A DNA stretch of 64,000 nt from a virus (taxonomy: Duplodnaviria; Caudoviricetes). The stretch lies in the IMG/VR virus record IMGVR_UViG_645044602_000001, positions 1 to 64,000 of that record, one strand, 5' to 3'. How positions within the stretch are numbered: the stretch's first letter is position 1; every line of letters starts with the position of its first letter. Shown here piece by piece: positions 35,380 to 47,300 of the stretch. Made by a program: the position numbers and the translations under genes. Under the pieces are notes generated by a model. It had not been told where the DNA came from and made no database searches. It was given only the letters and a program-made list of their open reading frames with translations.

Positions 35380-36114
35380 ATGTCCGACAACAATCCACAC
35401 AGTATTCTGATCTGTGGCGAATCTGGTGCAGGGAAATCAATGTCCCTGTACGAGATGCGTGATCGGTCAGATGTACTGTATCTCAACTGCGAAGGCGGTA
35501 AGCCTTTGCCATTCAAGAACAAATTCAAGAATCGTGTGGTCACTGATCCTCTCGATATCTTGGATTGGCTTGAACAACTGGAAGAGATGGGGGAATCCAA
35601 TCCCTTCAATTTCGTGGTAATCGACACCATCAGTTTCATGATGGATATGTTCGAGACTATCCACGTCATTAACTCTTCCAACTCTCAGAAGATGTGGGGT
35701 GAATATGCTCAGTTTTTCAAACGACTGATCAACCAATCCTCGAAGGTCAATGCCTTCTTCATCTTCATTGGTCACTTGGATCGAGTCCTTGATGAAGAAG
35801 AAGGTATCTTCCGAACCGCAGTGCCTGTAAAGGGTGCTTTGGCAAAGAAAGGTCTGGAAGCCTACTTCACGACTGTCGTGAATGTAAGCAAACAGCCAAT
35901 CAAGGAACTGGTCAAAAGCCCCAACAGCCTTCTGACAATCTCAGAAGAAGATGAGGAAATTGGCTTCAAGCACGTCTTCCAGACTCGAACCACAAAGAAA
36001 ACTCTGGGTGATCGAATCCGTTCACCTATGGGCATGTGGGACCGGAGCGAACTGTACATCAACAATGACCTCGCTCCTGTCATCAAACGACTGCTCAAAT
36101 ATTACGAAGACTGA
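35380..36114 (+). CDS. Sak4-like AAA ATPase (N4 gp44-like)
   Basis: GESGAGKS, VIDT and IRSPMG. Confidence 0.85.
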   Translation: MSDNNPHSILICGESGAGKSMSLYEMRDRSDVLYLNCEGGKPLPFKNKFKNRVVTDPLDILDWLEQLEEMGESNPFNFVVIDTISFMMDMFETIHVINSSNSQKMWGEYAQFFKRLINQSSKVNAFFIFIGHLDRVLDEEEGIFRTAVPVKGALAKKGLEAYFTTVVNVSKQPIKELVKSPNSLLTISEEDEEIGFKHVFQTRTTKKTLGDRIRSPMGMWDRSELYINNDLAPVIKRLLKYYED

Positions 36115-36170
36115 CTCTGCTTCGTTGGTTTGACCAAACCAAGTCCTCATGAAACAAGAAGGAAATCCTC

Positions 36171-37004
36171 ATGAGTAACATTTTCGCCAAGAAGAAACCC
36201 GCTGCCAAAGCTGAAGTCGAAGACGATTACGTTGGTGGTGGTGGTACGCTTGAGACGGATATCTATCCGGCTGAAATCAAGTACGCCTACATCGGCAAAG
36301 CTGCCAACAGCGATGCTCGCAACCTGACTCTGTGTCTCAAGGTCAACGGCCTTGATATCACTCGTCAGATCTGGATGACCAACCGTGATGGTGAAGTCAC
36401 CTATCAGGACAAGAAGACCAAGGAAGTGAAAAACCTTCCGGGCTTCAATCAGGTCAATGGCCTGTGCATGTTGCTGGTTTCGAAAGAAGTCGGAAACATG
36501 GATGTCGAAGAGAAGACTCTGAGTCTCTATGACTATGAGTCGAAAAAAGAAGTTCCGCAGGCAGTGGACTGCTTCGTGGAACTGCATGGTCAAAAACTTC
36601 AGGTGGCTATCCAGAAACAAACCGTGGACAAGACTGAGAAGAACGAATCGACTGGTGAGTATGAACCTACTGGTGAGACTCGTGACACCAACGAATTCAT
36701 CAAGTTCTTCCCGGAAGATCGTCTTGTTACGATCAGTGAAGTGGCTCACTTCATCAAGAGCCTCGGTGGGGACTTCGAAGATGTCCTGAACGACGGTGAT
36801 CTTGGTAAAGCCATCTCCAAGATGACTGAAGACGGGGACTATGCCACGAAATGGCTGGAGAAAAACCGTGGTGAAACATGGGATCGTTCGACTGGCAAAA
36901 AAGAAGGCAAAGCCTTCGATGGTGGCAAGTCCAGCGGTTCGAAGTCTTCGGGTGGTGGATCCACCGAGAAATCCAAAGCGAAGTCGAGCCTGTTTGACGA
37001 TTGA
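36171..37004 (+). CDS. Single-stranded DNA-binding protein (N4 gp45-like)
   Basis: Position; LPGFNQVN; flexible tail ending SSLFDD. Confidence 0.85.
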   Translation: MSNIFAKKKPAAKAEVEDDYVGGGGTLETDIYPAEIKYAYIGKAANSDARNLTLCLKVNGLDITRQIWMTNRDGEVTYQDKKTKEVKNLPGFNQVNGLCMLLVSKEVGNMDVEEKTLSLYDYESKKEVPQAVDCFVELHGQKLQVAIQKQTVDKTEKNESTGEYEPTGETRDTNEFIKFFPEDRLVTISEVAHFIKSLGGDFEDVLNDGDLGKAISKMTEDGDYATKWLEKNRGETWDRSTGKKEGKAFDGGKSSGSKSSGGGSTEKSKAKSSLFDD

Positions 37005-37939
37005 GGCAGGAAGACTTCATAGAGCTTTTCGGTGAGGTAGTGGACTCGTACTCAGTGCGAGTCCCTACTTACGTTCATGTGAGCAAGAAAAACAATCAAG
37101 CAGTCAACCTGAACATTTACCGGAATCTTCATCACCATCATCTTGACACACAAAAGAAAAACTTCGCGGATGAGGTGAAGCCGTTACTGAGGGACAAGCC
37201 CCGAGCAGAGAGGATCTGGATCCACTATACGATCTTCGCCTCAAGTAACAAACGACTCGACACGATGAATGTCGGTTCAATCACTGACAAGTATTTCAGT
37301 GATACGATGGTGGCAGCCGGAAAAATTCCTGATGACAATTACCAACACATTGTTCTCTCGACTTTTTCCTTTGGTGGTGTGGTCTCAATTGGAGGTCATG
37401 CCATAGCAACGGTTCATATACTAAAACCAAAACAAGAGAAGGAGCCTGAAAAGATGCGTATCTTGCTCGATCAAGATGACATTCAGAATGCACTCAACGC
37501 CTATGTGAAAACTCTTCAGTTTCCCAATGCGGACAAAGCTGAAGTCGAGCTTTCCATCGAAGACGATGAGATCGTTGCTGAAGTCATCATAGGGGAAGCC
37601 CCTGTGAAAAACCGTGGTGGTCGTCCTCGGAAACTTACCCGAACCACGACCTCTGCAAAGAAGACTGAGGTGACTGAGGATGCTGTTGAAACTGATTCTG
37701 AAGGAGGTTGCGATAGCACTGCTTCAGGAGGCAGTAACGCAGCAGAGACAGACGCTGAAGAAGGAGAGGCAGAAGCTCCTGTACAGCCCGCCAAAAAGGA
37801 AACCCCCTCGGGAAACCTTTTTGGGGACGAGGGAGACCAATCCTCGGACTCCACAGCGGAAGCTGAAGATAGTCCCCCCAAAGGGAAAACGACTATTGTG
37901 AAGCCTGCCAAGAAGTCGAGCATCTTCGATGTTGACTAA
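37001..37939 (+). CDS. RusA-like Holliday junction resolvase fused in frame to an acidic protein (internal start at 37454)
   Basis: LD..N......K...D.MV..G.IPDDN motif; AAGGAG RBS before the in-frame ATG at 37454. Confidence 0.7.
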   Translation: MRQEDFIELFGEVVDSYSVRVPTYVHVSKKNNQAVNLNIYRNLHHHHLDTQKKNFADEVKPLLRDKPRAERIWIHYTIFASSNKRLDTMNVGSITDKYFSDTMVAAGKIPDDNYQHIVLSTFSFGGVVSIGGHAIATVHILKPKQEKEPEKMRILLDQDDIQNALNAYVKTLQFPNADKAEVELSIEDDEIVAEVIIGEAPVKNRGGRPRKLTRTTTSAKKTEVTEDAVETDSEGGCDSTASGGSNAAETDAEEGEAEAPVQPAKKETPSGNLFGDEGDQSSDSTAEAEDSPPKGKTTIVKPAKKSSIFDVD

Positions 37940-38120
37940 GATCAGGCAGACCATCACAGCGATAGCAGGGGTGTTCATCACCCTTGCTTCTCTCTTCATC
38001 ATTGCCCTTCTGGGAGCAATGGTGATGTTCGTGGGTTACTTCCTGATCTGGGGATTGATAGGGATTGCGGTTATCTCCTTCATCGTATTCCTTGTCTGGG
38101 CTTGGATCACAGACCCATGA
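37929..38120 (+). CDS. Small two-TM membrane protein
   Basis: Almost entirely hydrophobic 63 aa. Confidence 0.7.
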   Translation: MLTKIRQTITAIAGVFITLASLFIIALLGAMVMFVGYFLIWGLIGIAVISFIVFLVWAWITDP

Positions 38121-38254
38121 ACACCAATACCTACGGGCTATTAGCTCACTCGTGAGAGAGAGGAACTGCTCTCAAGAATCGGGACAAGTCGGCTCAACCT
38201 GTAGGTATCTCCCCTTCCTCGATTGGATTTCTCCAGAGGAGGAAGGGGTTCTAA

Positions 38255-38335
38255 CTGGGAGCTAAATAGATAGTGAGGTCCGTTGATCGCGGACATGATC
38301 AACTCAGCAGCGTGCAAGTCCTGCCTCCCGGTCCT
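38255..38335 (+). tRNA. Atypical/pseudo tRNA, anticodon GAT (Ile)
   Basis: CTGGGAG/CTCCCGG acceptor; GTCCG-TTGATCG-CGGAC anticodon arm; GCAG(C)G-TGCAAGT-CCTGC T arm; degenerate D arm; ends TCCT. Confidence 0.5.
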
Positions 38336-38336
38336 A

Positions 38337-41300
38337 TCACTGACCCCCATTCATCAGGTTGATCCACGGGTTCAACTCAGGTGCATCAAAGAGCATCTCA
38401 TACCCCGTAGCATAGTCCAGATTACCAGCAGCCATCACAGCCAAGATGTTATCACTGATTGGGCTGTTCATATCTGTCATTGCGTTCAGAGCCAGTGAAC
38501 GAACCGGATTATCTCGCATCTGCTTTGCAGCAATCTTGAGAATACGGATCTTAAAGGCCATGAACCAAGTAAGACCATTCGACTCCAGACCGGAGCGAAC
38601 ACGACCCGGAAGCACAGAGAAGTTAACGAACTCTTCGTTGACCATCGCTGATGCTACCTCAGCACTAAGTCCCTGAGAAATCAGGTGGTCGTAATAAATA
38701 GACTTAGCGATGAAGTCACCATACTGGGTTGCTCGATTGAGCACCTGATACAGTTTCGTAGACTTCGAAACCAACCCCACCTTAGCAATATCAGCAGCAC
38801 GCTCTGGGAGCTTCTCAGACAGCTTCTCGATGTAATCACCAATACGACCTGACGAGATGTCTACATCGAGATCAGTGATACCTTCAGACAACTGCTTGAA
38901 CTGACCAGCAGCAATCATCGGAGCAATCGACATCTGTTTGTTCAGATCTTCGAGAACCTGAATACGGTCATCAATGATTTGACGCTGATTGTCATTACGA
39001 GCAATGATTCGCTTCTGTTGAAGATCAATGATCTTGGTTCGATTGTGAATGAACTCCTCAGCTTCAGCCAGCTTTGAACGATAACCCTTCGTGATCTGTT
39101 TCAGAGGTACACCAGCATTGGCCAACTGCATAGCGTTAGCTTGGATGTTAGCCACTGGAACTACTAGAGACCGAACCACGATGATGTCTTTGGCCGTGGA
39201 TACGGTCCCTTGCAGAGCCTCTTCACCAGCAGCAAGCATCCTCATGGCCTTACGACCCATGAAGGCTTCTGTAGCCCCTACAACGACAGCACGCATGGGC
39301 TTAGGCATACGAGACTTACCAGACCACATATCAGTGATCGAAGGCTCACGATAACCCACAGCCAAGTTCACCATTGAACGAGGCACCATAAAGGCTCCAT
39401 CGAACTTCGATTCGATATAGGACTTCGTGGACTGAGGAATCAGTTTCCATGACTCCTGATAGATCTTATCCGTAGACCGTTTCATGTCTTCAAATTCAGC
39501 ATCAGACCCATTCTCACGATTCTCCCAGATCTTATGAAGCTCATCCACCAGTTGCTTGTTGTATTGATCAGCAAGGCTTTCTTCCACCTGACGACCAGCC
39601 CAAGCACCCAACATCACAGCAAGGTTCTCTTCACGACCCAAGTGAAGTTCTTGAATCTCATTCGAGATCGACCGTTCAAAACCAAGAACAGAACCATCAC
39701 CAGCAAACACTGGCATCAATGCTTCCTGTTCATTTTCCAGAACAGTGTTTGGGTTCAGTTGGTCTTGAACAATACGATCTACCGAAGAGTCACCAGTAAT
39801 CAGACCAGCCACAGAATTCCCTACAGTCATGCCAGTATTGGTATCCACACCCCGATAGGTCATGGCTACGTTCTGTATCACACCTTGAGAATAGGCACCC
39901 TGACGACGAACAGTCGAGACATAATAAGACCGTGGATAGATGGAATCTGTTTCACCCTGATAAGGGATATCCAGTTTCACATAACCCATCCGTTCACGAG
40001 CATCTTTGTTGCTATCCAAGTCAACAACGATCTGAGTATTCTTCCGACCTTCATTCGGAATGTACCCTTTGTAACCATTCAAACGAGCCTGTTCAGTGAT
40101 ACCCGGCTTGGCTTCTTCTGCTTCATTCAGACTTTGAATGTATGCCACAATTGAAGTCACACCATTCGGATCAGTCTGCCACAGTTGCACAACCTCTTCA
40201 CGAGTTTGAGCATCCATACGATCAATGGCATAGACTGACACCAGACGATCAATCTTGGACACCATGTCAGGAGTACCTTCACCATCAAGATTATTGACGA
40301 TGGCATAAGCATTCCGAACCAGCAACTTACCTACAGCCTGACCATTCATGAAGTCAGCCAATTGCTTCGACTTGGCAATCACATCTGCCATTGCAGAACC
40401 AGACAGAGACTGAGCCAGATCTTGTTCAAGACGCTGGATCTCATTCCGACGAGTCGCACTTTCTTCAAGGAACTTCATGGTTTGACGCATGTTGTCCAGA
40501 TCGACCAGTACTGAAAAATCAGTCTTGGCCAGAGTGTTGAACATGGCTTTCCATTGTTCTTTCGTGGGCGGGATTACAAACTCACGCTCCAGAATACCGG
40601 GAAGATCTTCACGATAAGCCTGACGCATACCAGATACAGCAGCATTTACCTTGTTCAAAAGATCCACAACCACGGAGTTCTGCTTATCCGTACCCACGAT
40701 TTCTGAAACCATTTCCCGAATAGGAACAATGGACAGAATAGGAAGACCCATGTGAGTGATCTTTTTGGCTCCTTGTGCAGTCAGATCAGTGTTCTTCTTG
40801 TCCAGCAAGTTCGTTGCCAAAGTGACAGAAGACATCAGGAAAGGAATTACCTTTCCACGAGACTGAGCTTGAATCTCCTGATCCTTACGCAGCATCCAAT
40901 CTGACGTAGACGACAGAGCACCAGACACCATGTTGTCAGCAGCCGTAAGGGATTCCGTCACACGCTTCAGCAGACGGAACTCTTTCTCCTTGTCATGGTC
41001 AATGATGACTTGAGCGACAGCATCCAGCACTTCTTGAGGAGCGTTGTTCTCGTTCAGAGACCCCATCAGTTTCTTCATAGAGAATGAGGCAGCCCGAGTC
41101 ATGAAGTCCACCAGAGAGCCTTCCACGGCAGCCTGTGCTTCAGGTGCAGGGATCTGTTCTAGAACAGCCCGAAACTTCTTCGAAGTCTGGCTGAGAGCAA
41201 ACAGAACCGCAGCAGCATCAGACGTTCCTTCGTTCTCAATTGAGCCAAAGGAATTCAGAACAGCCGAATAAGTCTGACGATCTTCAGGGTTCGAACCAAA

Positions 41301-44300
41301 CATCTCAGGAGTCATGTTCTCAACAATGTGCTGGAATACACGGGTCAGAGCAATCCGAGCCGTAGCATCCAGTTTCATGTTGGACAGCATGATACCGTAA
41401 ATGGCTTTGAAGGTTGAACGATCCTTCGAATTTGCCAGCAAACCACCCTGACGAAGATCATTGATAACTTTCTCAGCATTGTAGATGTCACGGCCAGTCT
41501 TCTGTTTTGCAGAAGTATCCGTCACAAAGCTACGCATGTAGGCTTTGAGGTTTTCAATCCAGTAATCAGAATGGTTTTCAAACGGATCAGAAGTCTCATC
41601 ACCCGGTTCATCCGGAGGAGGGGTATTCCCATTACCACCATCATCCACATTCGGTTCGTTTAGAACACGAGTGTTGAATACCACATGATCATAAAGTGAA
41701 GTTGGCATTCCACCCAGCATCCGACGCAGCAAGGCAATAACCTTGCTTCCGAAGTCTGCAATGACAGAGACTTGCTTTGCAGTAGACCGAACACGACTGT
41801 TCGTCAGGACATAGGCCATGAATTCATTCACAGCAGCAGCCTGATTGATCGGATCGTTACGAGCCATACGACGAGCAATAGCAGCTTGTGCTTCATTCAT
41901 GGCTTTACCATCCGATTGGATGTCCATGAATTCACCCATCAGGATCTCAAGACGAGCCACAGCATCATTCTTCACACCCTGATAGTGTTGCAAAACTGCA
42001 CCATAGGTTGCAGCATGAACCATTTCATGAAGCACAGCTTCATTCGTATCAATGCTCATGAACATGACATTGTTCTTGAAGTCATAGTTCGAAGGAGCTT
42101 TCAGCACTGCACCATCATCAGGGAAGTTCTGTTGACGATATTCATTCAACTGATCCAGAGTACCGAAGATCACACGAACATCTCCCATCAAAGGCTTGAG
42201 GATTTCCACAGCCTTTTTCTGATCAGGAGTCAGGTTACGCATGTTATCCAGTAGAGCCTTTGCAATGGTAAACTCCACAGGTTTCTTCACATCCTTTGGT
42301 TTCGTGTCATTGTTGATCTCTTTCTCAATCCGATGGTTCACTTCAGAAAGAGTCCACGACTCACCATCACGAGTGAAACCAACATCTGAACCGCCCATCT
42401 GATCGACAGATACAGCCATCTGCCGGAAGACTTTCTTTCGAGCACGATTCTCTTTCAGTCGCTTGGTCATTTCAGCTTGCAAATCTTCCGGACCTTGGAA
42501 GAATTGCAAGGACTCTTTTTTGTTGTCCGTCATCAGTTCAGCCCAGACATCATTCAGGATGTCAGCTTCCAAATTGTTGGACATAAAACCTTCGAAGTTC
42601 TGTACAGCCATGCCCAGAACATCTCGATCCCAAGACTTCAATACAGCCTCATTGATCTGAGGAGCATACTGTTTGATCTTGGAAACCGGAACGTCGATAC
42701 CATCGAACACCGGAAGAACATCATTCGGTGCATTATCAGCACCAAAGATGAGGTTCATCATCATGGCATCCCCAGTACCAATCACTGCAAATGGTAGAGC
42801 ACGAACTCCAACGTCATCAGGACGACGCATACGAGCAGGAGTAACCAGCTTTTCATCAAAGTTTGAAGACAGACGAAGATCAGTAAGTTTCTTATCGAAA
42901 CCACCCACAGCCAAAGTCTGTTCATCAGACACGAAGATTGCTCCCATCTGACTCAGACGGTCTTCCAATTCCTTGAAGTATTTCCGAGGAATCTCTCCTT
43001 TGTTGGGTTCACCTTTTTTGTTCCGTTTGATCACACCTTCACGAGCCAGCTTTTCAGCCAGAGCATTGATCTCACGATCAAACAGTTTCTGAAGATACTC
43101 GGACTGAATGTTTGTAGACAGAACCAGCATATCATTCAGTTGTTCAATTCGATGGCCTAGAACCTGACGAGTAGCATTCGTCAGAACCTTACCAACTGTA
43201 AACTGAATGGCTTTCCGGAATGCTTCCACTTGATCATTCGAGAACACAAAATTCTTGTCAAAGCTGTTAGGCAGCTTCAGACCAAGAGTTTCCATGTCTT
43301 TCACAACACCCGGATAGTAATAGGTATCCCAGTCAGCATTTTCTGGTATAGTCTGGAGTTTCTCATAGAACTCCAACAGCATGTCATCAGCCACACCAAT
43401 AGCCACGCCTTGAACACCAGAACCATAGTTCACTTTGGTCATAGGATTCTTAGCAGTGTTACGGGTCATCTTGAAATCACCATTCGGCAGCATTTCAAAG
43501 TTACCAAAGGCTGAGGCCAGACGACCAGCAGCTTTCCGTTGCTCTTGTTGCCAAGGCTTCAGGAACTTCAGATCACCAGTCATCATCTGATCACCCAATT
43601 GGGAGACCATCTCATAAAGGTCTTTTTCCTTATTCTTGAAGAACTTGTTCACGGTCATTGCCGTGGTTCCAAGGAAGTAACCCACACGTTTGAAGTTGCC
43701 CCAGTCTTCAGGAGTCATCAAACCATGACCAAAGTTGATCATCATGTTGGCAGCACCATTGGTTAGACCATCAAGCTCAAAGCTCAGAGCAGTCTCAAAG
43801 GTTGCTTCACCATTGGCCACAGCCAGTTCAAAACCAGCAATCGCTTCAATAGCAGCCAGCACAGCAGGTTCCACCTGACCCACTTCAGTCAAGAAAGCAT
43901 CTGAGTCGAACTCACCAGTGGTCATCAGATTTTTGACCATCTGAACCGCAGGACCATACTTGTCTGCAAAGGCTTCTTGAGCAGCACGGAAATCATCTTC
44001 CCGGTCTTTCTTCTCAGCTTTGTACATATCAGCTTGCTGAAGAACACCAAGCCACAGAGCCTGAATATCATCAGCATCAGTCGTAGACAGCACAGACCGC
44101 TGAGGTGCCACCACATACCGCATCAGCTTGTTGTTCTGAGGGTTCGGACCTTGCATCTGATGACGACCAACTTTGGTCACACCGACAGGGAAGAAAACTT
44201 CAGAGGCTTGTTGTTCCATCATCCCATTGATCAGATCAGTCACTTCAATCAGATCACGACGAACAGAAGCATTCTTACCCAGAACTGAACGCTTTAGCAC

Positions 44301-47300
44301 AGGATGAGTCACAGACGCAGGATCACGATATCCAAGCATCGTAGCAAGGTTATCTTCACCAATTGCTTCCAGCAGCCTTGCACGGCCCATCTGAAGACGA
44401 TGAGGGATATCCTGCATACGACGAACAGCCATACGCTCCAGAGCCGACATAATCCCTGTGCCACGTCCTTTACGGACTGACACGGTAGGGATCTTTGAAC
44501 CAATGCTATAAGACTCACGAGATTCATTGAAGATTGTTTCCCGAACAGTGTTCGAGATACCTTCACCTTTGGCTCCAGCAATACGCTTCTGATAGTCTGA
44601 CATCTTTTCAGTGTTTACCAGAATGGTAGCAGCATCTTGTTGATTTGCTTCACTGGTAAGTTTCACCGTGTCGATGTCGATGATGTCCATCTCAGCAAGA
44701 ACCGTCAGGATCTCTTTGGCGAAACCATGAGTTACACCTTCCAGATCATCAACGCTTGCTTCTTCATTCTCTTTGATGTGCCACAGACGCTTCAAATCAT
44801 CAGCAATTGTGTCAGATAGCTGACTTGGCGGAATACCAAACAGGATCTTGTTCATACCTTCTTCGGTCAGATCCAGTTTGTTCAGCCCCATTTTCTCCAG
44901 AGTATCATCCAGTTTCCGAGGATCAGACGCAGCAGCAGTCGAGATAAAATCCATCACTGCCAGAACCGCAAGGTTCAGCATGTCAGGATCATATTGTTCA
45001 GTTTCCGGATTCATCAAAGCACCAGCTTTGAACTTTCGAAACTCAACACGACCATCTTTAATGTGCTGTGCAATGGTCTTCGTAATCTGACCATCTTTCA
45101 CACGCATTTTCAGACGAGCATTCATCCGCTGTACAAAGTCAGGCAGAATTTCATTCATGATCGTCAGGTACTCACGGTTCATTTTGAACTCAGAACCAAA
45201 CTTCTGCATGAGATCATCCAGACTGGTAATCACAGGATCACCATTTCGAGGTACAAAACTCTTGTTGAAAAGAGCCGTTACCTTCCGAGAGGATCCGGAT
45301 ACGGAGGCGGTGTCTGCTCCCTGAGATCCTCCGGAGTTTCGCTCTCCGTCGGATGATTGAGTTTCTTCGCTGGATACTTCAGTGGTAGTTCCAGTTGTTT
45401 CGGTTCGGATGAGATCGCCATAAACTTCCTCCATAAAGGCAGCAGTGTTTCCAAGATCTCCACTGAATTCTTCAGTAGAGAAAGCCATTTCCGTAGCCAC
45501 TGCGAAGAGTTCAGAAGCAATCTTTTCAGGAGTGTTCCGAGTAAAAGCATACTCCAACCGATTGTTAAAGAACCCACTCATCTTACCACGCAGAGCATTC
45601 ATTTCATTGTAGATTTTCCCACTTTTGTAGAACATCCGAGCAGATGAGTAGGGACGACCAACAGGATTGGCATGATTATCAACCAAATGGCCAGTCTCAT
45701 GTACGAGGATAGCTTTCCCCAGAGCATTGAGAGTCCCATCAGGATTGAACCCATCTTCTCGAATGTGAATGGTTTGGTCTGCAAAGAAAGCATGACCAAG
45801 CCCAGCAACCCGAATCGGAACAATACGGATTTGCTTCACATACTTGTTCATCGTAGGCATCGTTGCCTTGATGAATGAACGAGCATTACCCAGACGTTCA
45901 CGGACAGTTTCCCGCATACGAGCTTTTTCAGCTTCCGTCATCTGAGCAACAATATCATCCCATTTGGTTCCTGAAGGGATAGGCTCATCGGAAACTATTT
46001 CCTCATTCGTCTCGGTCTCAGAAGTCGCTTGCGCTCTTTCTTCGTCCGTTCCTCTTTCGGAATTACTTTCCTCTTCGACAGCCGTTGGAGAGGTATCTGA
46101 TTTTGTATTCCTCAGAATCAAACGTCCATCGACAAGATCAAAGATGATTTCCACACCTTCGCTTTGATCAGAAGCACGAGCACCTGATTGGCGAAAACCA
46201 GCCACACCAACTGCATTTGGAAACTCTTTAAGAATTTTTCCCGCAAGAAACCTCATTTGTTTCATGCCGACATTATTTGGTCCTTTTTCAGAAGTAACAA
46301 CAAAATTATCAATAAAGTTTTCATACTCATTGTATTCGAAAGTTCCTGCAATTCTTTTCCCAGAAGCAGTTACATATCCAAATTCAAACATACCAGCATT
46401 TGGAGACACTTCCCGAACAATAAATCCACCCTCTTTAATAGTATCAAAGATACTAAGAAACAGTCCGATACCATTCCAATAAACCATGGACTCATTTGTT
46501 TTTGTCTCATCGGTTTCTGCTGGCGCAGAAACCTCCTCGACAACCGTTGGACGAGCATCAATATTCTGGTTCACGATAGCAATCTGATCACCATTGAACA
46601 CGATCACAATCGCATCTGTCCCATCAGACAGAATGATCGCATCATGATTACCAGCTTTGTAATCCATCTCCAGTTGACCACGTTTCGTCAGCCATTGGTT
46701 TTGAGGATCATCAGTCTCAACCAGCAGAGGATTGGTGGCACGAACATTCACAGACATTAGTCGTGGATTCGATTTACCAATAGCATACTCACGTCCCTGA
46801 CCTTTACGAGTAGTCAGGAAGATCCCATCACGAGAATCAGCAAACTGATCAAACTCAACCCCACCAGTCCCATGATAGAAGACCATCACATTATCCTGTT
46901 CATCAGTGATGAACCCGGTATCAGTGCTGATATTCAGGTCTTCTTCTGTAGTCTGGTTCTGCTCCTCGGTTTCTGACGAAACCTCGTCGTCAGCCGTTGG
47001 GGTTTGAGTTTCTTGGTTTGTCTGTTGGTTCTGCTCGTCAGAAGTTTCTGGCGAAACTTCCTCCTCGATACCCGTTGGTTGGGTATCAGGCTTCGCCAAC
47101 ACAACCTTCTCCATTTTCGGGAATGAACCAAAGACTTCAGGGAATTCTTCACGCAGCGTGTTGAAAGCATCGACCACAGCATTCTGGTCTTCAGCAACCT
47201 GTTGTGCGAATGCAACACTATTGGGATTGCTCGGTGAATACCGAACACCCTCACGACGTACACCACGAATAGGACTGTCAAAGTTCTTCAGACGACCGCC

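Noticed and set aside
38135-38200. Canonical tRNA beginning GGGCTATTAGCTCA
   Set aside because: No recognisable T arm or matching acceptor 3' strand; at most a remnant.
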